DNA of 64,000 bases from Candidatus Aminicenantes bacterium (GTDB lineage Bacteria > Acidobacteriota > Aminicenantia > Aminicenantales > Aminicenantaceae). The notes beneath the pieces were generated by a model that saw only the letters and a program-made list of their open reading frames with translations, searched no databases and had not been told where the DNA came from. Location of the stretch: the NCBI GenBank assembly GCA_011773465.1, contig WVXO01000022.1, forward strand, positions 3,366 through 67,365. Direction: 5' to 3'. The position numbers were made by a program, and so were the translations under genes. Positions 8,740 to 17,953 of the stretch are shown in pieces; the stretch's first letter is position 1, and the number at the start of each line of letters is the position of its first letter.

Positions 8740-10074
8740 TTATTGTTTGATAGCCTCGCCATGAAGGCTGTAGGGTCCATAGGAAGCGATGTGGACATCA
8801 ACAAAGCACCCGATAACATCATTTTTTGATTTGAAGTTTACAACCTGATGGCCTTCATTTCTGCCAGAGTAGATGTGAGGAGCTTTTTTGCTTTTTCCAG
8901 TGCAGAGGACTTTCAGGTCCCGTCCAATAAGTGATTTATTGAGCTCCAGCTGTATTTTTTTTTGAAGATCTTGGACTTCTATGAGTCTTCTTCTCTTCTC
9001 CTCGAATGAGATAGTATCTTTTTCCTGGCAAGCAACAGTTAACGGCCGGGGTGAATAGCGGAAGGAAAAAATATTGTTGAACCGGACTTCTTCCAATATG
9101 CTCAGGGTTTCTTGGAACTCTTCTTCTGTTTCTCCAGGAAAGCCTGCGATGATGTCCGTACTGAAGCTGATGTCCGGCATTAGATTTCGGAGAATGGTTA
9201 TTTTTTCGAGGTATTCCTCTCTGGTGTACCCCCTATTCATCCTTTTAAGTACGGAAGAGGAGCCAGACTGAACAGGCAGATGAAGTTGATGGCAGACCTT
9301 TTCCGCTTCTTTCATGGTTGTTGCTATTTTTTTGGTGAAATTTTTTGGATGAGAAGTTATGAACCGAATCCATTCAATTCCTTCGGTCTGATTGGCTTCC
9401 TTCAACAGTATGGAAAAATCTTTTCCTGTGTCAGGATCTTTATAAGAATTTACATTTTGGCCTAGAAGTTGGATTTCTTTGTATCCCTTATCTGCTAAGC
9501 TTTGTATTTCCTCAATAATATTTTGCATAGGTCTGCATTTTTCTCTTCCTCGCGCAAATGGGACGATACAGTATGAACAAAAATTGTTGCACCCTTCCAT
9601 TATGGTTACATAGGCACTTATGTTGGATTCTCGGAAAGTCTTCTCATGAGGAATTTCGTTATAATCTTGACTCCAGCTTGTGGAGGCGAATTTCTCTTCA
9701 TGGTTGCTGTGGATTATCTCGGAAATCTGGTTGTAATTATCAGGACCCAGGACAAAATCAATAAAAGGTTTTTTCTCTAAAAGCTCTGATCCGTAGAGTT
9801 GAGCTACGCAGCCGACAACGCCAATAGTTGATTTTTTTTTCTTTTTAAATGTTGCTAACCGGCCCAAATAGGAATAAAGCTTTTCTTCGGCTTTTTCCCT
9901 AACAGCGCAGGTGTTTACTATGATAATGTCACTCTCTTCTGGAGAATTTGATATCTTTCCACCCGCAGTGGACAGAATCCCTGCTATACGTTCTGAATCA
10001 TTCTTGTTCATCTGGCATCCAAAAGTATGAACATAGAATTTCAAGCTTTTCAAATTTCGAGCACCTTTTTCCAT
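8740..10074 (-). CDS. miaB: tRNA-i6A37 methylthiotransferase (radical SAM)
   Basis: The N-terminal UPF0004 motif FYVHTFGCQMNKNDSE, the radical-SAM motif CNNFCSYCIVP and a C-terminal TRAM-like region are all present, in 444 aa. Confidence 0.9.
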   Translation of the reverse strand: MEKGARNLKSLKFYVHTFGCQMNKNDSERIAGILSTAGGKISNSPEESDIIIVNTCAVREKAEEKLYSYLGRLATFKKKKKSTIGVVGCVAQLYGSELLEKKPFIDFVLGPDNYNQISEIIHSNHEEKFASTSWSQDYNEIPHEKTFRESNISAYVTIMEGCNNFCSYCIVPFARGREKCRPMQNIIEEIQSLADKGYKEIQLLGQNVNSYKDPDTGKDFSILLKEANQTEGIEWIRFITSHPKNFTKKIATTMKEAEKVCHQLHLPVQSGSSSVLKRMNRGYTREEYLEKITILRNLMPDISFSTDIIAGFPGETEEEFQETLSILEEVRFNNIFSFRYSPRPLTVACQEKDTISFEEKRRRLIEVQDLQKKIQLELNKSLIGRDLKVLCTGKSKKAPHIYSGRNEGHQVVNFKSKNDVIGCFVDVHIASYGPYSLHGEAIKQ

Positions 10075-10143
10075 TTTGAACCTAATCTCAGCTACTAAGT
10101 CAATAATATAATATAATCCTCAGGTTAAGAAAAGACTGTCTTT

Positions 10144-10225
10144 TCGGGATCAGGTCTTGCCATTAAGAATGGAAATTCTTCTGCCTCTAGTTAACTAGGC
10201 ATCCCTATGATAAGGCCTAACCCCA
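10144..10225. repeat. Family-D 82-bp MITE-like element
   Basis: TCGGGATCAGGTCTTGCCATT...TGATAAGGCCTAACCCCA. The termini are imperfect inverted repeats (GGGGTNAGGCCTT). It has the same length and the same ends as the inverted copy at 22933-23014. Confidence 0.6.
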
Positions 10226-10339
10226 TAAGCCCTGACTCCATGCCATAAGGAACGGGATGCGGGAAAATATCTTTTCCAGATGGCAAGCCCGCTCCAAGGG
10301 TATTTGGGGATTGATAAAGTGAGGTTTAGAAGTTTTTCT

Positions 10340-10774
10340 TTACAATAATTTTTCGAGAATTTCTACCGAATCCCTGACGAACTCTGGACAACGGGTCTCA
10401 CAAATTTGTTTTTTTTCCACTTCCTTCCGTTCCTCAGGGATAGCTAAATCATAACCCAGTAAATCCTTGCACATTATAGAACCATGAACAGATTTAAATC
10501 TCTTTACGAACTCTCTAACTAGTTCATATGTTTTTTCTTTTGCTTCTTCATCTTCAGCTTTCACTTTTCCGTGTTTCAGACCTAGAACCATGAAGGCCCC
10601 GGTTACAGCTCCGCATGTTTGCCCCATGCGAGCCATTCCTCCTCCAAAGGCTTGAGCTATTTTTAAGGCAACCTCATGATTCAAACCAAACAGCTTCGAA
10701 TAGGTCGAGAGCACTGATTGAGAACAATTGAATCCTTCTTTAAAGCTGGAAACGGCACGGTCAACTTTGTCCAT
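10340..10774 (-). CDS. C_GCAxxG_C_C family redox-active protein
   Basis: FNCSQSV, QTCGAVTGAFMVLG and downstream conserved Cys residues (MCKDLL, CETRCPEF) fit the family pattern. Confidence 0.8.
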   Translation of the reverse strand: MDKVDRAVSSFKEGFNCSQSVLSTYSKLFGLNHEVALKIAQAFGGGMARMGQTCGAVTGAFMVLGLKHGKVKAEDEEAKEKTYELVREFVKRFKSVHGSIMCKDLLGYDLAIPEERKEVEKKQICETRCPEFVRDSVEILEKLL

Positions 10775-10787
10775 TATCCCTCTCTTT

Positions 10788-12482
10788 TCAGGCCTTATTA
10801 CTCATCAGGCCAAGGTTGTGATTCAGCATTTCTCTTGCGTTTCTAAGAGTTGTTTCTGTAATGCGGGTTCCGGCTAGGAGCCGTGCGATTTCTGTCACTC
10901 TTTCCTCAAAGGATAGCTTTTTTACTGTAGTAAAGGTTCGATCCTTAGCGACTTTTTTATCAATCCTGTAGTGGTGGGTAGCAAAGGAAGCGATCTGGGG
11001 AAGGTGCGTTATGCAAATTATCTGATGCTGATTTGATAGTTTTTTGAGTTTTTGGGCGACAAATTCTGCAGTTTTTCCCCCTATACCTGAATCAATCTCG
11101 TCAAAAATCAGAGTTTTTAGCCTTTCTATCTCTTTACCGATGGTTTTCAGGGCAAGCATAGCTCTAGAGAGTTCACCTCCTGAAGCAATTTTCCTTAAAG
11201 GTCTCAACTCTTCTCCCGGATTGGGGCTGATAAGGAATTCCACTTCTTCAGTGCCGCTCTCTTTCACTTTCTCCATTGTATCCTGGCTGGGGAGAAAGGT
11301 TTCGATTTTTATTTTGAACCTCGCTTTCTTCATTCCGAGAAGGCTTATTTCCTTTTCGACCTCTTTTTCAAGGTTACGGGCACTCTTTTTCCTTAAAGAA
11401 GAAAGTTTTTCTGCAGCGGCTTTGTATTCGTTGAATTTTTTTTCTATTTCTGGCTCTAACGCAGTCAACTTTTCTTGACTGGTGCCAAGCTCTTCATATT
11501 CCTGTTTAGCTCGTTTTAGGTAAGAGAGGATATCGTTGATGCTCGTTCCATACTTTCTTTTTAATTTTTCTATCTGGCTTAAACGCTCCTCAATCTCCTC
11601 TAATCTTTCAGGAGCTGCGGTTTGTTTCTCTTTAAATTTAATCAGAAAATCCGATAATTCTCCGATGGTTATGGAAAACTGGTTGATGGCCTCATCTGCC
11701 TCCTTGAATGTTTTATCAAAATCTGTGAGGCCGCTCACTACGTTTTGGAGTTGAGCTAGTTGCGAGGATATTGAATTTTCCTGAATGTAAGAGATTTCTA
11801 ACGCTTTTTCCACAAGAGAGCCTATTTTTTCAGCATTCTTGAGGATATTCCTGCTCTGGCGAAGCTCTTCTTCTTCTCCTTGCTTGAGCTTTGCCTTTTC
11901 GATTTCTATTATCTGAAAGTCGAGAAAATCGAGTCGTTGCTCTCTTTCTCTTTCCTTTGTCTCTAGTTCCTTTTTTTCTCTTATGAGTTTCTTGAGCTCT
12001 TGAGCAAGGCGAGAAACATCTTTTTTAAGGAGGGAAGCATTCGCATAATCGTCAAGATAGTTCAATTGATAGTCCAAATTGAGGAGGAAAACATGATCAT
12101 TCTGACCATAAATATCAACGAGATCTTCGCCCATTTCTTTGAGTTTTTTGATGGGGACAAGGATTCCGTTTATGTATCCTTTGCCTGCTCTTTGCTCGGA
12201 AATCTTTCTTTGGACAAACAATTCATTTTCGAATTCGGGAAGGAAATTCTTTAAGTCAGCTGTCTTCTGATGGAAAGGAAAAATAACCTCCACGGAAGTT
12301 TCTTTTTTTCCTGTTCGGATCATATCCGGAGATCCTTTTTCTCCCGTAACAAGTCTTATTCCGTCAATGATTATGGACTTTCCTGCACCTGTTTCTCCGG
12401 TGAGTATAGAAAATCCTTCTTTCAGGATGAGTTCTACATCTTCAATAGTGGCCAGGTTTCTGATGCGAAGAGATTTGATCAT
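10788..12482 (-). CDS. recN: DNA repair protein RecN
   Basis: The N-terminal Walker A LTGETGAGKSIIIDGI, a long coiled-coil middle and the C-terminal signature ASGGELSRAMLALK with Walker B LIFDEIDSGIGG are all present. Confidence 0.95.
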   Translation of the reverse strand: MIKSLRIRNLATIEDVELILKEGFSILTGETGAGKSIIIDGIRLVTGEKGSPDMIRTGKKETSVEVIFPFHQKTADLKNFLPEFENELFVQRKISEQRAGKGYINGILVPIKKLKEMGEDLVDIYGQNDHVFLLNLDYQLNYLDDYANASLLKKDVSRLAQELKKLIREKKELETKEREREQRLDFLDFQIIEIEKAKLKQGEEEELRQSRNILKNAEKIGSLVEKALEISYIQENSISSQLAQLQNVVSGLTDFDKTFKEADEAINQFSITIGELSDFLIKFKEKQTAAPERLEEIEERLSQIEKLKRKYGTSINDILSYLKRAKQEYEELGTSQEKLTALEPEIEKKFNEYKAAAEKLSSLRKKSARNLEKEVEKEISLLGMKKARFKIKIETFLPSQDTMEKVKESGTEEVEFLISPNPGEELRPLRKIASGGELSRAMLALKTIGKEIERLKTLIFDEIDSGIGGKTAEFVAQKLKKLSNQHQIICITHLPQIASFATHHYRIDKKVAKDRTFTTVKKLSFEERVTEIARLLAGTRITETTLRNAREMLNHNLGLMSNKA

Positions 12483-12505
12483 TTAAAAAATCTTTTCTAA
12501 CGTAT

Positions 12506-14101
12506 TTATCTTGAAGGTTTGATTACTATGGGCACAAGGGCCTTATCCATGTTTATGCGGCCGTATCCGATATAATTATCTTTTCCAAGATTATTGACAA
12601 AGTTCACATCATCAGCAGAAAAGCGGATCACTTCCATGATCTGGTCGGCTGTAAGGTGGGGTTTTATGCTTTTTATCAGGGCAGCTAATCCAGCAACGTG
12701 AGGAGAGGCTTGGGATGTCCCAGAACCAATACCGTAAGGGATAAAACCTGGACCGAAGTACCAGGTCGGAACAGTACTAACGATTTCATAACCTGGCGCA
12801 GCTACATCAATTTCAGGGCCAAAGTTTGATTCATAAAGTCCTGCTGAATTTGAGAAATCCACTCTTTCATCATTTTGATTTGTCGCGGCCACAGCCAGGC
12901 AGTACGCATCATATGCTGCTGGATAAAGGACAGCTCCTCCATCATTCCCAACAGCGGCGACGTTCACTATATCCATATCATAGGCATATTTTAAGGCATT
13001 TTCTAAACTTGTCGACGGGAAATCGCCTCCTAAGCTGAGGTTTATCACGTCCGCCCCATTATCTGCTGCCCAGATTATGCCATCAATTATTTCAGAGTAG
13101 CTGCCGAACCCCAGATTATCCAATACTTTTACTGGTAAAATTTTACAGTTCCAGGCCACTCCAGCAATGCCTTCGCCGTTGTCTGTCTCTGCTGCTGCGA
13201 TCCCAGCTACGTGAGTTCCGTGACCTTCGTCATCAGTGGCGTCAGAGTCGACATTGATAAAATCAAAACCACTAGAGTAAATCTTATCATCTAAATCCGG
13301 ATGGTTCAGGTCCACACCTGTATCAAGTATGGCAATTACTATATCCTCATCTCCTTTTGTCTCTTCCCAGGCACTGGTGGCTTTAATGTCAGCTCTTTCA
13401 TCTCCCTGGGGGCTTCCAGGAGGCCCAGAGTCTGGATTGTAAAGAGCATATTGAAGATCAAAAAGTGGATCATTGGGCGTTTCTGTAACATAAGCGATAT
13501 AGTTTGGCTCGGCATATTCCACGTCAGGATTTCTCTTAAAGGCAAAAAGCGTCTCCTCTACGGATAAGTTATTCTGGATTTGAATCTTATAAACGTTTAT
13601 TCTTGGGATTCTTTTGAGTTTTTTGCACTGATAAGCTGCGATAGTGGCTTTTATCGTTTGCTCTGTAAGAGTAGGTTTGAATTTGACCAGAACCTCATCC
13701 GGTCTGTAAGGTGGTCCCTCGTAACGAAAAGGCAGATTTTGGTTGAGATGTTTGATTTGATGACGAATAACGCGACGATCTGGCCTTTCGTATCTTTTGG
13801 ACCTGAAATCTCTATTCTCTCCTGGAGTGAAAATATCTGTTTCTCTGGACCGGTAAACTTCATCCGAGGTTTCTTTTGCTTGTCCTGGAAAATCAGGTTT
13901 GATTTTAGGTGAGACTTGATCCAGCCCGACGTTGTTTCCCTCGGAATGAAGAGGCTGGGCTTTTTTTAGAGATATTATTTGTTGAGGAGAAAGTACAAAG
14001 ATTTTATTTTTTCCCCTATCAAGCTTCCAATTTCTAAGGCTCGCCGAAAAGAGAAAGACAGGTATTACAAAAAAGGCGAAGATTATTTTCTCTCTTTTCA
14101 T
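12506..14101 (-). CDS. Secreted subtilisin-like serine protease (S8) with I9-like propeptide
   Basis: It has a signal peptide and the catalytic triad motifs AILDTGVD, HGTHVAGIAAA and GTSQASPHVAGLAALI. Confidence 0.9.
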   Translation of the reverse strand: MKREKIIFAFFVIPVFLFSASLRNWKLDRGKNKIFVLSPQQIISLKKAQPLHSEGNNVGLDQVSPKIKPDFPGQAKETSDEVYRSRETDIFTPGENRDFRSKRYERPDRRVIRHQIKHLNQNLPFRYEGPPYRPDEVLVKFKPTLTEQTIKATIAAYQCKKLKRIPRINVYKIQIQNNLSVEETLFAFKRNPDVEYAEPNYIAYVTETPNDPLFDLQYALYNPDSGPPGSPQGDERADIKATSAWEETKGDEDIVIAILDTGVDLNHPDLDDKIYSSGFDFINVDSDATDDEGHGTHVAGIAAAETDNGEGIAGVAWNCKILPVKVLDNLGFGSYSEIIDGIIWAADNGADVINLSLGGDFPSTSLENALKYAYDMDIVNVAAVGNDGGAVLYPAAYDAYCLAVAATNQNDERVDFSNSAGLYESNFGPEIDVAAPGYEIVSTVPTWYFGPGFIPYGIGSGTSQASPHVAGLAALIKSIKPHLTADQIMEVIRFSADDVNFVNNLGKDNYIGYGRINMDKALVPIVIKPSR

Positions 14102-14119
14102 GATTTCCTCCCAAAAAAA

Positions 14120-14905
14120 TCAAAAAGAATACATGGCCCTTACTGTGAAACCAAAATCAACTCTGTCTCTATGCGGGATAAAGCTTGCTTCTGTTTTAAT
14201 ACCAAAGGCATCAGTGAGTTTAAAGATTGATCCCAGAGAAGCACCGAACGAACTCGCTCCGGATATTTTTTTATTCTCGCTTCCTTCTAAGACTTGAATC
14301 GTCTGCACCATCTTGAACCTTCCCCAGAGTTTGTTGAGATTTAAATAGAGATAAGGATAAAAAGCATCAAAGCCTCTATAAGTGAAAACGGGCCCTATTG
14401 AAGCTCTCATCCATGAGGGATCCCCTTCCACTGTTCCTTCAAAAGCTAAATCTGGAACCTCCCATTCTTTTTTTGATCCCATGTAATAAAAGAATTGACT
14501 AAGAAGATCTATGTGGAGATCTTTAGCATAAATAAAGCTTTTTTTAATTTCAGCCCCAACCAGATACCCTTTAATATTCCCAACGTCCAGCTTTACAGAA
14601 AAAGGCAGTTCTCTGAATGTTAAGTTCTTATAGTTGGAGCCAGGAACTCCATATCCTAAAATGGCATTAAAGAAGAATCCTTTCCCGAATTCGAATTCTA
14701 TGTTGAATGTGAAAAAAGAAGATTTGAGCTTGGAAGTGTACTGGTCTTCGTCCCAGGTTATTGTTCGTGAAAAAAATTCAAATCCAATCCCAGGTGTAAT
14801 AGATACTGCCCGAAACATCCCTTCTTCCTGCTCCTGAGCTGAGGAGAAGCGGGTGAAAGTCAAACTCAATAAAATAGCTAAAAAGATAAGATAAATTTTT
14901 TTCAT
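14120..14905 (-). CDS. Hypothetical outer-membrane beta-barrel protein
   Basis: It has a signal peptide (LIFLAILLSLTFTRFSSA), alternating amphipathic strands and a C-terminal ...RAMYSF. It lies 18 nt upstream of the S8 protease gene on the same strand. Confidence 0.45.
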   Translation of the reverse strand: MKKIYLIFLAILLSLTFTRFSSAQEQEEGMFRAVSITPGIGFEFFSRTITWDEDQYTSKLKSSFFTFNIEFEFGKGFFFNAILGYGVPGSNYKNLTFRELPFSVKLDVGNIKGYLVGAEIKKSFIYAKDLHIDLLSQFFYYMGSKKEWEVPDLAFEGTVEGDPSWMRASIGPVFTYRGFDAFYPYLYLNLNKLWGRFKMVQTIQVLEGSENKKISGASSFGASLGSIFKLTDAFGIKTEASFIPHRDRVDFGFTVRAMYSF

Positions 14906-14948
14906 TTAGAACTCCTCTCTCTCAGTAATAAACAAGCTTTTATTCAAA

Positions 14949-15782
14949 CTACTTTTTTTTATTTTCTGCTTCCTCAAGCCTGGCCTTAGCTTTTTTTGCT
15001 AATTTGCTTTGAGGAAAGTCAGTAATCAGTTTAGTGAAATAGGGTATACTCTGTTCGACCAATGTCGCTTTGTAATAAGAATCACCCAAATAGTAATAAA
15101 CTCTGTCCATTTTTGAATAATTAGGGAAGTTGGTTAGAATCTCTGTTAGCCTGCCTATGGCTGCGTTATAAGCTTTAACTCTGAAATAATGTACTCCTAT
15201 ATGGAGAGTGTGTTCAGCCAGCCTTTCTTCGCAGTCTAATATTTTTTCCTGGGCAGATTTTGCTTCTTCACTCAATGGATAATTAGTAACGACTTTTTTA
15301 AATTCTTCTAGGGCCTGTCTTGTTTTTGTCTGATCCCGGCCAGGCTTCAGAGCTTTTCTGTAGAAAGTCATGCCTATTTGATATTGAGCAAGGGGCGCAG
15401 AAGGACTGTAAGGAAAGAGGGATATAAACTCCCTGTATTCAGATGCAGCTAGTATCATACTTCCTTCATCTCTCTTTCGATAATATGAATCAGCGATAGC
15501 CAATTTTGCCTGTTGAGCATAAAAGCTTTTAGGAAAGGAATCAATGACCTGCCTTAAGTATAGACGAGCTTTTTCGGGATCTTTCTTAATATATTTCTCT
15601 CCAAGCTTAAACAGGGCTTCATCTGAAGAAGCAACTTCTGGTGAAATTTCTGTTGTTTTTTTTCCACAGCCAAAATTAATTATAAAACAGAGGAAAGAAA
15701 CGGTAAGAGCGAGGCTGAGTTTTTTTATCGTATTATTCTGTTTCTTCTTTAAGAAGAATATAGTTTTTTTGTCCATAGCCAT
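14949..15782 (-). CDS. bamD: Outer membrane protein assembly factor BamD-like TPR lipoprotein
   Basis: It has a lipobox (INFGC) and TPR-like repeats with a YfiO/BamD-type sequence (FKLGEKYIKKDPEKARLYLRQVIDSFPKSFYAQQAKLAIADSYY...). The start is uncertain (15782 or 15776) and overlaps the 3' end of the upstream gene. Confidence 0.75.
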   Translation of the reverse strand: MAMDKKTIFFLKKKQNNTIKKLSLALTVSFLCFIINFGCGKKTTEISPEVASSDEALFKLGEKYIKKDPEKARLYLRQVIDSFPKSFYAQQAKLAIADSYYRKRDEGSMILAASEYREFISLFPYSPSAPLAQYQIGMTFYRKALKPGRDQTKTRQALEEFKKVVTNYPLSEEAKSAQEKILDCEERLAEHTLHIGVHYFRVKAYNAAIGRLTEILTNFPNYSKMDRVYYYLGDSYYKATLVEQSIPYFTKLITDFPQSKLAKKAKARLEEAENKKK

Positions 15783-16693
15783 TCCTCTTTGAGCCCATCC
15801 CGGAGCTCGATTTTGGGCGAGTAATCAAGGTCTTTCCGAGCCTTTTCAATATTGGCAAACGTATGAAACATGTCTCCTTTTTGTCTTTCTTTTCGCGCAA
15901 TTCTTACTCTTTTTTGACAAATATTTTCTAAAAGGGTAAAAATGTCCATTAATTTTTTCCGATTGCCACCCCCGATATTGTATATTTCTCCCACGCTCCC
16001 TTTTTTAAGAGACGCAAAATTGGCATCAATAACATCATCGATATAAGTGAAGTCTCTGGTCTGGTTTCCATCGCCGTAGACAGGGATCTGTTTGTCTTTT
16101 GCTATGGCCTTGAAGAATTTATGGAACGCCATATCCGGCCGCTGACCGGGACCGTAGACTGTAAAAAATCTCAGAGAAATCGAAGGAACTCCATAATTCT
16201 TGCAGTAAAGGAGACAAAGATTTTCAGCAGCAAGCTTGGTCACTCCATAAGGTGAGTAAGGAAGGAGAGGGCTTGTCTCGGACATAGGAAGATCCGGGCA
16301 GTTACCATACACAGAAGAAGAGGAGGCGTAAATGAATTTTTTTAGATTGAGATCCTTAGCTGCTTCCAGCAGTTTTTGAGTGGCTTCGATATTGTTTTTA
16401 AGATAAACGGAAAAATTATCTCCCCAACTCGTCCTAACTCCCGCCTGGGCAGCATGATGAAAGACATAATCTGTTTTTTTTAGTATTTTCTTCAGATCTA
16501 GGTCATTTAAATCTCCGGTAATGAACTCAAATTTTTCATCCTTCACAAAGGGTTTTATATTTTCTTGTTTTATCCGTTTAGGGTAGAAATCAGTAAAAGA
16601 ATCGATACCCACCACTTTGAATCCTTCTTTGAGGAGTCTACGACACAGATGGGACGCAATAAATCCTGCTGCTCCAGTCACCAAACAATTCAT
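15749..16693 (-). CDS. NAD-dependent nucleotide-sugar epimerase/dehydratase (extended SDR)
   Basis: It has the Rossmann motif VTGAAGFIASHL and the YxxxK motif (YGVTKLAAE) typical of UDP-sugar 4-epimerase/UDP-glucuronate epimerase-like enzymes. Confidence 0.88.
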   Translation of the reverse strand: MNCLVTGAAGFIASHLCRRLLKEGFKVVGIDSFTDFYPKRIKQENIKPFVKDEKFEFITGDLNDLDLKKILKKTDYVFHHAAQAGVRTSWGDNFSVYLKNNIEATQKLLEAAKDLNLKKFIYASSSSVYGNCPDLPMSETSPLLPYSPYGVTKLAAENLCLLYCKNYGVPSISLRFFTVYGPGQRPDMAFHKFFKAIAKDKQIPVYGDGNQTRDFTYIDDVIDANFASLKKGSVGEIYNIGGGNRKKLMDIFTLLENICQKRVRIARKERQKGDMFHTFANIEKARKDLDYSPKIELRDGLKEEWLWTKKLYSS

Positions 16694-16842
16694 GGTTGTC
16701 CGAATTTTCTTGCTAAGATTTTCCCTCCGAGGGTTGTATTCAGGGGATTTTCCCTGTTGAAGATAGCAGAACTACACAATCCAACAGCTTTTTCGATTTT
16801 GGCGGAGGTTGTGGGAAGAACTGAGCGGGCAATTTGGATCAT
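16690..16842 (-). CDS. 50-codon ORF bridging two genes, possibly a relic of the ribulose-phosphate 3-epimerase C-terminus
   Basis: Its ATG (16842-16840) overlaps the PASTA gene stop as ATGA, and its TGA (16692-16690) overlaps the epimerase ATG. The translation is MIQIARSVLPTTSAKIEKAVGLCSSAIFNRENPLNTTLGGKILARKFGQP. The segment GLCSSAIFNRENP resembles the Rpe C-terminal ..VAGSAIF...DP.. motif (from memory). It is too short for the ORF track. Confidence 0.3.
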   Translation of the reverse strand: MIQIARSVLPTTSAKIEKAVGLCSSAIFNRENPLNTTLGGKILARKFGQP

Positions 16843-17558
16843 TTTTTGCTTACCTCCAGTGTGATCGGGTATTTTTTTTGTATGAGGTAGCCTTGAGGAG
16901 GGAACTGTTTAATGGTGATTCCTCCCTCCAGACCAGGATAAAATGTGTAGCGAATATCTTCTACTCTGAAATCTAATTCTTTTAGCTTTGCTAGAACAGT
17001 TTCTGCTTTCTTGCCGATCAAATCTGGCATAAGATACTTTTCTTCCCTTTCTCCTTGACTGATAAGAAGACTGATAGGTGAGTTGCTTCCAACTTCTGCC
17101 GTAGCCTGGGGATACTGAGAAATGATTTTTCCGGCTGCATACTCGGAAGTGTGTACTTGAGAAACTTTGCCTCTTCTTAATCCCGCTTCATTAAGAATTT
17201 GGCTTGAATTCTGGAAGTTTCTTCCGATAAGTCTGGGGACAAGAACCTTCTCAGTTCCTGCGCTAAGGGTGACTTTTACTACTCTGTAAATTTTTAATTT
17301 TGATCCAGCAGAAGGCTCTTGAAAAATAATCCTTCCTCGGTCCCAACGGGTATCAAATTGAGCTTCTGTTTGAACAATGGATAATTTCCTTCTGGTAAGC
17401 TCAGAGCTTGCTTCCTCTAATGTTTTTCCGATGAGATTGGGGAGTGTAACCATTTCACCTTTTATGATTATACGAAAAGATAGTATAGTGCTAAGAAAGA
17501 AAATTATAGGAAGAATGAGAACGTAAGCGATGAAATTAGAAATTTTTTTTAAGTCCAT
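16839..17558 (-). CDS. Membrane-anchored stand-alone triple-PASTA domain protein
   Basis: An N-terminal TM helix is followed by three ~65-aa repeats that open with LPNLIGKTLEEA, VPRLIGRNFQNS and MPDLIGKKAETV (PASTA signature). No kinase or transpeptidase domain is present. Confidence 0.85.
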   Translation of the reverse strand: MDLKKISNFIAYVLILPIIFFLSTILSFRIIIKGEMVTLPNLIGKTLEEASSELTRRKLSIVQTEAQFDTRWDRGRIIFQEPSAGSKLKIYRVVKVTLSAGTEKVLVPRLIGRNFQNSSQILNEAGLRRGKVSQVHTSEYAAGKIISQYPQATAEVGSNSPISLLISQGEREEKYLMPDLIGKKAETVLAKLKELDFRVEDIRYTFYPGLEGGITIKQFPPQGYLIQKKYPITLEVSKK

Positions 17559-17639
17559 AATCCAAAATAAAAAAAGTGAAACAAATGTTATCTATACCAT
17601 AGATTTATAACCAAGTAAACGGCAAAAACGTTGCCTAAC

Positions 17640-17830
17640 GGAATTTCCCTGCCCGGGGCGTTCTCTGAAGGGGCAGGCTGTCTTTTTTATGCAGGAAATT
17701 GCTTTATGTAATTCATGTTGGGATATGATTTAGGCAGAGGCTGGCTTTATGTAGGGGCGTAACTTATGCACGTGTTTGAATTATATCTGGGTTTGATTTA
17801 TGTAGGGGCTTGATTTATCAAGCCCACCTT
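17640..17830. repeat. Degenerate cluster of family-C (TTTATGTAGGGGCTTGATTTATCAAGCCCAC) and family-A-like units
   Basis: GGGGCAGGCTGTCTTTTTT lies at 17671-17689. TTTATG(T/C)A-type units lie near 17686, 17703, 17746 and 17797. The best unit is TGGGTTTGATTTATGTAGGGGCTTGATTTATCAAGCCCACC (17788-17828), which has a 9-bp hairpin GGGCTTGAT/ATCAAGCCC. Confidence 0.55.
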
Positions 17831-17953
17831 TAAATTATCTTCATAAACGTCTTTTCTACTCTGTAGGGCTATAATTGATAAAATGCGCGCTTTTATTTGC
17901 TGAAAGAACACATTTTTCTTATAATGATGCCTCGAATAAAAGGAGAATGAGCG

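Noticed and set aside
9832-9846. T9-C-T5 run (A-rich on the coding strand) inside miaB as a possible slippage or phase-variation site
   Set aside because: The miaB reading frame is intact through it (encodes ..FKKKKKST.. in a linker). There is no evidence of a frameshift, and A/T runs are common in this AT-rich genome.
17640-17830. Possible CRISPR array (short repeats in several intergenic gaps; Cas4-like nuclease at 49412)
   Set aside because: The units are degenerate, irregularly spaced and not separated by unique spacers of constant length. The same repeats occur singly at many gene ends. No cas genes are adjacent.
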